Assembly (NCBI RefSeq): GCF_006345805.1
Contig: NC_042998.1
Coordinates: 61,504,001 to 61,568,000, forward strand
Length of the DNA stretch: 64,000 bases
DNA from: Octopus sinensis
Taxonomy: Eukaryota
Reading direction: 5' to 3'
Shown: in pieces, positions 37,290 through 51,699 of the stretch
Layout of the letters: each line of letters opens with the position of its first letter
Position numbering within the stretch: position 1 is the first letter of the stretch
Translations under genes and position numbers: made by a program
The notes under the pieces: model-generated
Databases searched by the model: none
What the model was told of the DNA's origin: nothing
The model's input: only the letters and a program-made list of their open reading frames with translations

Positions 37290-39905
37290 TATATATATAA
37301 AATAATTAAATAGTGTTCAGTCCAGATTCTCTCACTCTGCAAAAGTTTCTAGTTCGAATCACACGTGTCTCGAGATGTGCCGAAGATTTTCTATTTTGGA
37401 TATATTGGGGTACTTAGGTCTGCTCTGGACTTAGTGCTTGCTTTTTCCATGGGTATGAGTAAGTATTTCATTTATCTCACGTATTTATCGCTGAAGAGAG
37501 GAAAATTCTTATGAATTAACCCCGAAATTGGGACCAATACGGTAATAACGGATTTTTTAGAAATTTCTATCTGTTTGTTTCGAGATGCACAAATTATAAT
37601 GGTTATTGACAATTTTGTCTTTTTTTCGGCATATTTGGCATTAGAATTTTTCTTTTGCCCTTATTTTGTAAATTATTTATAAATTTAACCTTTAGAGGTA
37701 TTTTTTGATATGCTGGCCATTGATAAAATTTTTTTCGAGAAAAAAATTTTATCTTCATTAGTTATATATATATATATATATAAAGATATATATATACATA
37801 TATATATACATACATACATACATATACATATATATATATATATATATACATATATATGTGTGTGTATGTATGTATGTATGCATATATACATACATATATG
37901 TTCATACCTACATATATATGTATATATACATGCATATGTGGGTACAGGACTTAAAGAAAACGTGAAAAAAATGAAAAACGAGAACATAAAAAAACAAAAC
38001 CTGGAAAACAAATTTTTTTCGAACAAATAGAGATACGAGACATGCAACAGGAAGAACGTTCCCTTCGTCAGCTGCCCCCTGTTTTATCTACTCTGCATTT
38101 CAAACGTTGGGACAAGACGCGACGTTGTTAAAACAGACGTTCCCCAGGTATAATTTTAAACTACATCAAGTAGCTTGGTTCGGGAATTTTAGGTTTTCGA
38201 AGAGCATGAAACTATCTTTGTATCACTGTTATATCAAACGAATAGAAGTTTGACGGAGGAGAGAATGGGAGTGGCTCAGCATAAACCATACCTGCTGACT
38301 TGTGCAGTAACCTTTTGAGTAATTTATTGAGTGTAACCCCCTATAAATAACCTTGTGGGAGGGCCGATAAGGCAGATATGTACGGTTATATTTAACTAAT
38401 TTCTAGTACCCTCTGTGGCTCCTCCTTTGGTTCTGAGAAAGTAAGGATTTGTTTTCCATTTGTGGTATATTGATGAGCTGAGAGGTGAAGGTAAGTGTAG
38501 TTTGAGCTAGGTACTTGCGTCTAGAAACAGTCAAGATACATCAAAGGTGTTTAGGTTTAAGCACCAAAGGACAACCAAACCAAGTATGTATATGCGTGTG
38601 TCTGCGTGTGTGTGTATGTGTATGTATGTGTGACTGCATGCATGTATGCATATATGTACGCATGTATGCATCTATAACATTAAAAGCAGCAATCTTTCCA
38701 ATGTTAATTTGAAATTACAACATAAAACAAGATTTAAGGAAAGAAAATTATCATTTTACCTTACAGAAGTCAATGTTGATATACCAAGCAGATATTTTGA
38801 TGACTCATTCAACTGCTAAAAGTAAAGCTTGTACTGATATACTTTGCCAGCTGTCTTAAACAGGACGTAGGTATTGTTAAAATATGCAAGAAATGTATGG
38901 GTATTTTGTTCAAATTACCATAAACAAGATGGTCAAGGATAAGCTGTTCCTGCATGCAAAATAGGCGAAAGAGTAGCTGTAGTCAAATGACTGACACAAA
39001 TAAAAGAATACACACCCATACAAATACGATATGTGTGTGTATATATTCTGAGTCATTGTTGCACCACTACGAAGCACTGGAGTTGGGTTTTGCCCACACA
39101 TGTCCAGCCAAATTACAAAGGTGCCAGACTATTAATCCTAGGGAATGACAGGTTCACTGAGCATGGAGTCTATTCCCTAGGCACTAACAGCCAGCTAAAA
39201 TGAAGAAGCAATCATGACACGTCCGCTTAACCATTGGGGTCACTTCACTTGAAAGCTTTAACAATGCGAGGAAATGGGCAATAGTCAATCTGACCACTCC
39301 ACAATGGGATAGCGGAATCTGAGTGACCAAATGCTGCTAAGAATCAAAAGTGGCCATAAACTGCCAATGAATCGGATAATAAACTTTGCCATACATACCT
39401 ACAAATGCAGGTATTTGGCAAGAACAACAGGAATGTTTCATCTAATAGAAGAGAAAAGGGAGGTAAACTGCAATGTGTAGAGTTCTGCAAAGAATGTCAT
39501 AAGAAACAAATAAATGCAAGATGGGCAGATGGAAGTGTCCTAAGACCTGGCAAAACAGACGGTACGAGAGCAACAGGCAGAACAATGTTCATTGTGAAGA
39601 AAGGACTTCGAAAATTGTCGATTCTCTCCATACTTTGGAGAGCGTTTGAATCAAGTGATCATACGACTGCACTTGAAATACGATGGAGATAAAACCATCA
39701 AATATATCGTGGCCTAATTTTTTCATTACCAATCAGGATTTCGAATGCTATGTGTCACTGCAATTAGATAGGTAGATATGTTTCTTTATTGGCCACACAG
39801 GGCTGAACACAGAGGGGACAAAATACAAAGTAGAGCTTTTCTTTTGGGGAAGAGAAGAAAAATATAGCGGGGTGGAATTTTGATCAGAAGGGATCGTTAG
39901 AAAAA
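36073..39905 (+). repeat. Direct segmental duplication, copy 2 (extra SINE, hammerhead island and ~510-bp segment)
   Basis: Extra sequence at ~36835-37765 and 39103-39615 relative to copy 1; Tx1 truncated ~130 bp from its 3' end. Confidence 0.9.
37485..37545 (+). ncRNA. Type-I hammerhead ribozyme, intact core
   Basis: TTATCG-CTGAAGA-GAGG..AATTC/GAATT..CCCC-GAAA-TTGG-GA-CCAA-TA-CGGTAA; 6-bp stem I, 5-bp stem III. Confidence 0.72.
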
Positions 39906-42730
39906 AGGGAGTTTGACTGAGGACTGGTAAGCCAGAACACTGCACGGGGCTCCAATCAGATCTGGTAAAGTCTCTACAGCTTGATGCCCTTCCTAATGCC
40001 AACCATTCCCAGAGTGTAGGGGTGCTTCTATGTGCCACCAGCACGAGGACCAGTCAGGGGATTCTGGCAACGACCACGCAGAAAATGTGTTTTTTATATG
40101 CTACTTGCTGGGGAGCTAGTCCGGCAGCACTGGCAATGACCATGCTGGAATGTTGTTTTTCATGTGCCACCAGCACATGTGCCTATAAGGCGACACTGGC
40201 AATGATCATGCTCGAATGGTGCTTTTTACATGCCAACAGCAGCTCTGGCAACGATCACGCTCGGATGTGCTTTTAACGTTCCACTGGCATGATTGCTAAT
40301 CAGGCAGACCTGTCATCACCCACGTCAGCAATTTTGGTTTCACTCGTCTCAACAGGTCTTTGCAAAGATTATTGCCCAAATAATAATAATAATAATGGTT
40401 TCAAATTGTGCCACAAGGGCAGCAATTTTGTGGGCAGGGATGAGATTATTGCATTGACCTCAGTAGTCAACTGGTACATATTTTCTCGATCCTGAAAGGA
40501 TAAAGTCAAAGTCGACCTTGACCAGGCATTTTGCTCAGTGTGCCAATAATAATAATAATCGTGCCAATAATAATAATAATAAACGCCTTTATGTAGTGGC
40601 TTTCATGGCTTCTGATCTTAACTGATTGGAAGTGTTATCATGTACTTGTTTTGTCTTGGTATAAAAGATGGGCTACAGCAAATATTCTGCTCAATACCAC
40701 AGATTTACTTGTCAATTGTTTGACCATAACCAGTTGAGCATCTCCCTTAGTGACTGATGATATGTGCATCTCTGATCACAAGCAGAAATAGTGGGGAAAC
40801 ATCATAGCCATGTGTTGAGAGGAATTCTTTGGAGTTTAAATAATTCACCTCTGGAAACATGGGTGTTTTGTTCATCATCTTTAAACAACCTTTATTCAGG
40901 GACCTTTTGAGGGGGATGGGCTACTCAACCTGTTGAAAATTCTAACTGGGCCCCACCTGTCGAGCCATGCTCTGTTTATCTTGATATCAGATCTCTATGT
41001 CGCACACATGGTTGTGATACTTGTGCCTGGTGTACCCTTATCAGATGAGTAGTCATGATGGGTATTCTGGGCTTCGTATATTTTACCCCGGTGTCACTTT
41101 GATGGCAAGTACTTCTCTCTCACTCAATAATAATAATAATGATAATAATTAATAATGATAATAATAATAAATGTCTAAAAATATAATAATTTCTTTCCAT
41201 TTCTTGTAGATTGTTGATCTTCTATACATAACAGAATTCTCTAAAGAAGCATTAAAGTCATCCAAAAATGATTTAGAGAAAGCTTGAATCTTCTCAATAA
41301 ATATGATGGAATTTTGCCCCTTAATCCAGCTTCACCCCTTCAGTCACACCAAAGTAATTGTTTGATATTTTCACCCAACTCCCAACGCCAGTTGTCAAAC
41401 CACCCCAAGGTAGCTTGAGTTGCTTGACCTGCCAACAGTAGTAGTCAAATCTTCCTTAAATCATTGTCTACCATCTAAAAATAAAAAAAAACAAAGGAAT
41501 ATATTATATAATGTAGTCCTTCATAAGTGGAGGCACATGGCCTAGTGGTTAGAGCAGCAGGCTCATGGTTGATGGAATGTAGGTTCGAATCTCAGACCAG
41601 GCGATGTGTGGGTTTATGAGTGAAACACCTAAGCTCCACGTGGCTTTACCAGATGTTAATGGTGAGCTTCTGCTGACTCTTTCACAACTTTCTCTCACTC
41701 TTTCCTCCGGTATCTAGCAGCTCACCTGCAATAGACTGGCATCCCGTCCAGGTGGGGAACATATACGCTAATGAAACTGGGGGAATTGGCCCTTATGTGC
41801 CAGACATAGCTTGAGAAGGAATAAACAACAACAGTCCTTGATACAATATGTCGAAAAATAGATGGAGTGGCCATAACTGGAATACCTTTGATCAAAGTTA
41901 ACCTTGGACTATACATACAGAATAGCTGGTTGCTATGTTTTGTTTTTTTCCCCACCTGGCCCAGCTTTTTTTTAATCACTCCATCACCAGGTATCCTGTT
42001 GTTATCCAATGAATGCTGTCTGCTCAAAATGCCTGTTTTTGTGTTAAAAACGATTTGTTTTTTTTTTTCCATATCCAACTTCCGATGTGGGTAATGGTTG
42101 GGATTATTAGTTTTCACATTGTTGGCTTGGGTTTGATTCCTGGCGTCAGAAAGTTAATTGAGTTTTATGGGTGTGGGTGTGGTTGAGTGATTAAGAAGTT
42201 GGTTCCCCAAGTATATGGTTTCTGCTTCAACCCCACTGTGTAGCACCTTGCACAAGTGTCTTCTGCTATAACCCTGGGCCAAGCCATGCCTTGTAACTGA
42301 ATCTGGCATGGAAGCGTATCATATATATATGTGCATGTGTGGAAGCATATCAAATATATGTGTATGCGTGTCCAATAGTGTAGCTAGAGTGTGTGCCACC
42401 CGGGGCAGCCCTTCTATTTGCTACTCCCGGACCCCACAAGAAACACATGCTGCCACTTATATTATGATGTTTAAAACCTCAAGGTTATGGTCTGGCGCTT
42501 GCCACCATCAATATCTTTCTCTTCCTTTACTCAACCATCCCATTTACATTCTGATCCCTGTTGCTTGTGAGTATGCCCGGCACTTTGCCACCATCTCTAT
42601 CCTGCTGTCACCCACACACACTCTCTCTCTGCTTCTCAAAGGTCAGAGAATGAAGAATGAAGTCCATCACCGACCTGTGAAAGCAATAAATAATGTAAGT
42701 AGCCGATGTAATGTAAGTATATATATATAT

Positions 42731-42819
<89 letters not shown>

Positions 42820-42840
42820 ATATATATACATATATATATG

Positions 42841-42890
<50 letters not shown>

Positions 42891-42896
42891 TATATG

Positions 42897-42960
<64 letters not shown>

Positions 42961-43271
42961 CATACATATATACATATATATATACATATATATATACATA
43001 TATATATATACATATATCATCATCATCATTTAGCGTCCGTTCTCCATGCTAGCATGGGTTGGACGGTTCAACTGGGGTCTGTGAAGCTGGAAGGCTTCAT
43101 CAGGCCCAGTCAGATCTGGCAGTGTTTCTACGGCTGGATGCCCTTCCTAATATATACATATACATATATATATATACATATATACATATATATATACATA
43201 TATATATACATGTATATATATATATGTATATATATGTATATATGTATATATGTATATATATATACATGTAC

Positions 43272-43464
<193 letters not shown>

Positions 43465-43507
43465 GCAATAATAATTCTCTAAATGAGATATAGACAGTAA
43501 CTGCTCC

Positions 43508-44041
<534 letters not shown>

Positions 44042-44102
44042 ATACATATATATATACATATACATATATATAAACATAATATATATATATATATATATAA
44101 AC

Positions 44103-44174
<72 letters not shown>

Positions 44175-44311
44175 CACACTTAATTTTGAGATTGCTAGTG
44201 TTAATAATACTCTCAAATAAAATACAAGTGAGCATTTGTAATCCGAAATGACTGGTAAGTAATAGCATATGAGTATTTTTGTATTTGTTTTTGTATAGTG
44301 TGTGTAAAAAA

Positions 44312-44393
44312 CATCCTGATGAGAGGAGTGTCAGTTCTGAAAATATAAAATCTATCATATTACTTGGTGTGTCTCTGAAACGACCCATAGATG
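44312..44393 (+). ncRNA. Degenerate type-I hammerhead motif
   Basis: CATC-CTGATGA-GAG...CTCT-GAAA-CGACCCA-TA-GATG; stem I intact, stem III decayed. Confidence 0.4.
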
Positions 44394-44710
44394 GGACTCT
44401 AAATTTTATAATTTTTGTGTTATATTTCTGAGGATTTTAGTACGTCCTCTTGGTGTTTCATCATTGCAAATTTTTAATTACACCAATATTTTATAACTTT
44501 TAAATGTAAATTCACTGTGTTCTATGTATAACACCGATTTATATCTATTTATTTATATTTTTATATTTGGAATTTATAAATCCGTGTTGTAAATGCAGAA
44601 GAATATATGAATATATGTATGTAGTTGATCTTCGAGTTTGGATCTTAATTATGTTCCTCTAGTTTCTGCTTGCATTGCCTCCATTAAAGTTACTATGAGG
44701 TATATTATAT

Positions 44711-44766
<56 letters not shown>

Positions 44767-44770
<4 letters not shown>

Positions 44771-46029
44771 GTTGGCAACTAAGTTCCTGCCGCTTTTTTA
44801 AATTAAAATTTTTCAAAAGGTTTAATAAAAAATAACAACTAATTAATCAAAAATGTATTCACCTTTGTTGTTTACAACTTCTTCCTAACATTCAACAGGA
44901 TTTTCAATACCTCATTGGTAGAAACTACCCGATTTCAACTCGAAAAATTGATCCAACTAAGGTCTCAATTTTGCATCAGTATTGAACGAAACTCCGCACA
45001 TAACATTTGAAAAAGATCGAAAGAGGTGGAAATCCATTTGTGCCAACTCAAGAGAGTTCGGCGGGTGTGACAGCACTTTCCAGCCATGCGTTTGAATGCC
45101 TTCCTTCGTCATAATGGCAATATGATGGTGGGCGTTGTCGTGCAGCAGAAGAACTCCATGCTGCCGATTAGGTATTTTCTCTTCAATAGCCATCTTGAGT
45201 TGTTCCATCTGTTGAACATAGAGTTCCACGTTGACTGTTTGGTTCCGTTCCAACAATTCGTAATGGATAATCCCTTCCCAGTCCCACCATATGCACAATA
45301 TTATTTTACGCGGATGAAGATCTTGTTTCACATGCGGTGTCACTTGTTTACCGGGGCTAAGCCATTCCTTACGCTGCTTCATATTAATGTACAGGCACCA
45401 TTTTTCGTTGCCAGTAACGATTCGGTAAAGAAATCGTTGCTTGTGGCCATGAGTTGAGCGGTGATGAGCAAGCAAATGAGCGAAGATTGTGGCCCGTTGA
45501 TTTTTGATGTTGTCACTTAAAGCATGCAGAACCCATGCTCCATACTTCTGAACTTTCCCCATCGAGTGAAGATGCTTCTCTATAGCAGTGAGGGAGCATT
45601 TTCTCTACCAGGTCCATTGTCGTTTGACGAAAATTTTCATGCAAAAGTTAGTTTAATCGCTCTTCATCAAACTCAACTGGACGGTCAGAATGAGGTGCGT
45701 TTTTGAGGATAAAGTTTCCATTTTTGAACTTGGCATACCAATCACGAGCGGTTCTTTCAGCTATGGCACCCTCTCCATACACAGCACAAATGTCGCGAGC
45801 AGCTTTTGCGGCCTTAGAACCTTGATTAAAAGCAAAAATAAGGAGGTGTCGAAAATGCGCGTTCTTCTCAACTTGACATTCCATTTTAATAATCTGAAAT
45901 TAAACAAATATTAAATAAAATCAACTAGAAAAAAAATAAGATTCCAAAATGATTCAAAAATAAAATTCTCAAAAAGAAAAAAAGATTTCAAAATTTAAAA
46001 AAACGGCAGGAACTTAGTTGCCAACCCAG
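44767..46029 (-). mobile_element. Mirror dead mariner transposon
   Basis: TIRs; MECQVEKNAHFRHLL...ERLN* then 44957-45562 catalytic domain with TGNEKW. Confidence 0.93.
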
Positions 46030-46235
46030 TAGATATATATATGCATATATATACATATATATATAAATATACATATATATATATACATATATACATATAT
46101 AAACATAAATATACATATATATATATATATATACCTCTTTTGGGCTATCCGAGCATGAATGCCTCAATAGGAAAGCAAACAACATTGTGTGGGCTTGGTA
46201 CGTGATGATGTCTATCTTTATGTTTATATATATTT

Positions 46236-46312
46236 TTCCCTGATGAAGGAGGTATTATCTGGATGCACACTAGTGCTTTAAACATAATACACCCCTGAAA
46301 TGGCCATAGGGA
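46236..46312 (+). ncRNA. Type-I hammerhead with long stem II
   Basis: TTCC-CTGATGA-AGGAGGTATTAT..ATAATACACCCCT-GAAA-TGGCCA-TA-GGGA; palindromic stem III ATGGCCAT. Confidence 0.68.
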
Positions 46313-47610
46313 TAAGTAAATATGGTTCCTTTTTAACTATAAGGCTTCTTTTACCTGAATAATTATTTAATAAGATTTCTAAACGATGAACTTTTATTTT
46401 ATTTACATGATATATATTATATATTTTTTATATGCTCCTATATGTATATATATATATTACATTTTATAAAGGGCTTAGTAAAATAAATTACTTTGCCACA
46501 TACTGAACTCATTAGAAATAGCAGCCAAAAAAATTTTTTTAGCCGAATTCTAATACTTAAAGAAAATTTCTCTCAGATAGTGCTTACTCAGAATAGCCCT
46601 CGAAGGTATGGGGGTAAAAACATTAAAAAATCACAAATGCAAAGGTTATTTGAGAATGTACGTTTCTAGATCAGCCAAATACAATTCGACATTTCTTTCG
46701 TCAGCCCAAAATTCCTTAATTCGGATTTGCAAACACTGAAAGTAGGAGCATACCCTTTTGGCGACTTTTCACCTCAGAAGATCTGTTCAGACTATCAGTG
46801 CCAACAAATTCAAAATATGCAAGCGAATAATTTCTGCCCTCCCCTTTCCACCCACGTGGTCTAATCTAGCAAACACCATAATTTTATCGGTGAAAACCGA
46901 AGCATTAAACAGAGAGAAATGAGTTATAATTTCAACAATTGAGGGTAAAATGTATATATATATATATATTTTATATATTTTTATATACCTATATATTTTT
47001 ATATATTACTCATATTATATTTTTACTTTCTATGTCTTTTTAAAAAATGTATTTTTTCTGAATCGCTAAAATATTAACTCTAAATTTTGATGAAGAAAAA
47101 AATTTTTTTTGTCGCACCTTATTATTATTATATGCTTGTCTGCTTATACAGATGAATTATGTTCCATCTTGCAGGATGTTTATATGTATATTCTATGATT
47201 AAATGTTCGAATTATGAAATGATATGTGGATGACCTTGCATTTGTTTGTTCAATAATTTTAGTTTGATATTTTTGTCTCTTTCAATAGAGCACTTCTATA
47301 GCAGTCCTATTAATCATTTTGTTCCTGACAAGAAACAATCACTGTATTATTGATATTGATATATATACCTATATATACATAAATATACATATATATATAT
47401 ATATATACATATATACCTATATATACATAAATATACATATATATATATATATCCTCATCATCATCATCGTTTAGCGTCCGTTTTCCATGCTAGCATGGGT
47501 TGGACGGTTCTACTGGGGTCTGTGAAGCCAGAAGGCTTCATCAGGCCCAGTCAAATCTGGCAGTGTTTCTACGGCTGGATGCCCTTCCTAACGCCAACCA
47601 CGCCAACCAT

Positions 47611-47662
<52 letters not shown>

Positions 47663-47681
47663 GAGAGAGAGAGAGAGAGAT

Positions 47682-47689
<8 letters not shown>

Positions 47690-47754
<65 letters not shown>

Positions 47755-48890
47755 CTTTCTTTATTGGCCACACAGAGCTGAACATAGATACAATGACAGA
47801 TACAATGTAGAGATTTTCTTTTCAAGGAGGTGAAAACAAAAGAAAATGAAAAACAAAATTAGGGACAATGATCAATAGGGATTGAAATCATTTGGGATAT
47901 ATAAAGTAATGCAAAAAGTTCCAAAAAAAATGGGGAGGTTTATCTGTGGAAAGCAAAACCTACAAAAAGATCATGGTAACTTCGGGCGATAATGTCACAT
48001 ATTAACACATTTATTTACAAGTAATTCTGTTTTAAATTTTTTGTTTTTTTCCAGTTCATAGAATCATGCTCAAGGTGGCTTCATCATTTACACGAGCCAT
48101 CCTTGCTACATTCACACATCTTTTTTTTTAAACATTCGCCAGACAAAACTTGCCTCTCTACTCTTACCTTCCTTTTCAAATGATACTTGAAGAAGTTGAC
48201 GAGAGATTGACCAGAGAGAAAAGAGTTTGTCTCTAATCCTTTCAGACACATCCACCAGATACATTCTTTTGCCATAGCCACACATACAATGAAAATAGCT
48301 CTTCCATCCTGTTTGAAGGTGTCACGACAATATTGATGATAGGCTCAGTTGATAAACTGACCCATCCCACATGTGACAGCAGTCGTTCAACATAAGCCCA
48401 CAGGTCGGAAATGGTTGGACACTGCACGAATGTGTGCAGAATGGTTTCGTCACCCCAACTGCATCTCGGGCAGGTCGGCCCCGTGTTTCTCGAGCCGTGC
48501 TTGTAGAGCTTATCCTGAACAGGTAGTGCTTCTTGATAGCACTGCCAGGCCAGGGATCTCTGGTAGTTGTCCATAGCTCCCAGCCCGAAAGTCGTCTTAA
48601 ACAAGCGGGTCAGGTATTCCTCACAGACACCCAAGTTTGTCCTGAGATCATCATTGTACCACCCCTCCACTAATCCCCTATAGAATGCTTTGGTTGTGTT
48701 TAAGTCACTCAAGGTCGACCTGGGATGGCATAATTGCTCCAGAGCAACACGACACTTGCAGTGCCATTCGCCATTCCTCGGCTTCTTTTTTATCCACAAC
48801 TGCAATTCGGTCATGGAGATGAGCTGCGGGAAAGCGCATGTCATAAATGGTGACCACACTTGTCCACCGTTGTCTACGTAGAGCCGGAAA
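47690..48890 (-). mobile_element. Mirror copy of the Tx1-like LINE 3' fragment
   Basis: ORFs 48084-48281 and 48242-48859; (GATA)n tail at 47680-47755. Confidence 0.85.
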
Positions 48891-49056
48891 TGTGAATGAA
48901 TACATGTTTATGTGTGTTTGTGTTTCTCTGCATGTATGTATGTTTAAAGTCCTGTTTTGTGTGTGTGTGTGTACATGTTTATGTGTACGTGTATGTGGCT
49001 GAAGTTGCTGATATTTTGTATTTTCTTCTTTTACAGATTAATCTACATCTGGAAAT

Positions 49057-49247
49057 ATGCTCAGTCAAATCATACCATTTAGGCTGACTTTTGTGTTGAT
49101 ACTGTATACGAGGTTTCTATTAGAGAGTCATGCTGTTTCAACCATCTGCAAAACATGTAGTTGCAATGGATTTCCAATGAGAGTAAATTGTCAAAATCGA
49201 GGACTGATTTCAGTCCCCCAAATGATTCCCCTAAATGTCATATCTTT
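49057..49247 (+). CDS. First coding exon of secreted LRR protein, paralog R (signal peptide + LRRNT)
   Basis: Polypyrimidine acceptor TTTTCTTCTTTTACAG ending 49036, ATG 49057, CxxCxC...VxCxxRGLxSVP motif, phase-2 donor GTAAGT at 49248. Confidence 0.82.
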
Positions 49248-51699
49248 GTAAGTAGCCAATTTTTACATATTTTCCACATCCAGTATTTTAAATCCTCATT
49301 GATTATGTTCTCAGCTGATTTCTTATGGCCTTGATCTAACAGCTACAATGTTATGATTGGAGTAAATTGGATCAATATGTAAAATACCATGAAGTAGACT
49401 GTTTCTCAATTCCTTTCAACTTCTATTGAATCTATACCTTTACAGTATTGCCAACAAATGTGGAATCAGACTAATATCTAAACTTTGACGATATTAGTCT
49501 GATCACATGAAAACTCTTTATGGCATATTCAGGGAAGCAAATATATGGAAATTCTGGTATCACAAAATATGTTGCATGTATCAGAGATTATATGATTTCT
49601 TCAATTAGTTGAAGATTTTTACAGCTAGTGATATAATTCCATTTAATCTAGTCACAAAATGGTATTTATTTATTGAGTGTTTGTATTATTTTACATTAAA
49701 AATGATACTGTCAGACTGGTTAAACTTCAGATAATAACAAGACCCTCTTGAATTGCCAGATTCATAAATTTATAAAGGAAGGATGGCAGTCTTGGTGGGA
49801 TAAGCTTCTTGAAATATATGATAAAATAAAATATATTAATTATCTAATATATCTTCAGCCAATCATAATATCTAATCTATTCCTAGGGATAATTTTGCAG
49901 GAGTGGCTGTGTGGTAAGTAGCTTGCTAACCAACCACATGGTTCAGGGTTCAGTCCCACTGTGTGGCATCTTGGGCAAATGTCTTCTGCTATAGCCCCGG
50001 GCCAACCAATGCCTTGTGAGTGGATTTGGTAGACGGAAACTGAAAGAAGCCTGTCGTATATATGTATATATATATGTGTATGTGTATGTTTGTGTGTCTG
50101 TGTTTGTCCCCCTAGCATTGCTTGACAACCGATGCGGGTGTGTTTATGTCCCCGTTACTTAGCGGTTCGGCAAAAGAGACCGATAGAATAAGTACTGGGC
50201 TTACAAAGAATAAGTCCTGGGGTCGATTTGCTCGACTAAAGGCAGTGCTCCAGCATGGCCGCAGCAGTCAAATGACTGAAACAAGTAAAAGAGAGAGTAA
50301 ATGGCAAACATCGTATTAATGACTTTAAACTTTTGGTTTAAAGCAAATATTTGAATAATACAATGAAATAACTCAATTGACCAAACCCACTTCTCGACAA
50401 ATTTGGGACATTTCTGATGAAATGAGAAATCCATATATAATACAAGACCAGGTTTGAATTATGACGTTAACTAAATCTCATAAACCTAAGTCAATATTTT
50501 ATTCAATAGGTCTTGTATTTTCAGAGTTTAGTTAATAATTTAGGCAAAAATTGGTAGAATCTTCAGACAGTTAATGTCGCATGAAAGCTCGCAATATCTG
50601 TTCTGATGCTTGGCTCTCTGACTACAAATACCACAGAATTTAACTTTACTTTTCAGTATTTAGGGGTCAGTAAATAAAATATCCATCTAGAGCAGTGGAT
50701 TTGTAGATATGTAACAATGTTGGATTCCATGTGCTTTCAATATTTGTTAAAACTCTCTGCCTTCTGAGTTCAAATCCCACCTTAACCTACTTAAGTGACG
50801 AACTAAATGCCCCTCGGTTTAACATCACCTTATGACAATTTGGGCCTCTTTAGTAGAATCCACTCTGTTGTAAGCATTCGAGTCAGGCCTCCAGTTTAAG
50901 AAGCCCTCTCTATTTTTCCCACTAGACTTGGAGGTCCTCTAAAGGGTCATGGACAATGTCCTCCTGATTAAAAGAATATAAAAGGGAATCCTTTATGGCT
51001 GTCAGAATCCATAGATTAATAAATGTAATGTAAAGCTCTGTTCCCTATTTAAAAAAGAGCTGGACTTTATTCAAGAAAATACTTTGGATTTTTCATTAGG
51101 CATTTATGATAACCTAGCAAAGGAATTTTTTACAATCCTTGTCCTCTGTTCTGAAATTTTAGTTTCAAGAAATAGGCTTAGATTTTAAAAAAAATTTTAT
51201 CTTGATTAAGTTCAGCTGCAATGTTTTAACAGTTTAGACAACAGGAGAAATATATTTTTGAAAAATATTTATTTATATCATGTTGGTAGAATATATATAT
51301 AACATTATTATGTCATAAAATAATGACTTGTTTGTTTGGTAAACAACCCTTTGAGAATGAGAAGGTTTTTAAAATCATTTTTCATTTGGTGAGAATATTC
51401 CTCATCTTTTCCAGCTTCTTCTGGATGCATTTTGTTTTGTAAATGTTTGATCATTCTCTAAGACTTTCTTGCTTCATTTGAGAACAATTTTTTCACATTA
51501 TAAACATAACAACACTTGCTCATTATTTGTAAATGGAATAAATCCCTATTTCAAATATTCACTGAAGTACTTCCTTTTTCTGCTCATTCTAAATTTTTTA
51601 AATAGTAACATATCCAACAGTTGCATATAATTATATCACTAAAGAAAATATAATGGAGATCATAATATAAAAAAAACAAAAAAACAAGCAAGACTGCTA

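Noticed and set aside
41210-41310. UBA-like peptide FSKEALKSSKNDLEKA(L)NLL after an acceptor
   Set aside because: Requires a frameshift, is short, and has no supporting neighbouring exons
41525-41610. tRNA-like sequence (A/B boxes); similar heads at 6025, 49898 and 54080
   Set aside because: SINE heads continuing into SINE bodies; no complete cloverleaf
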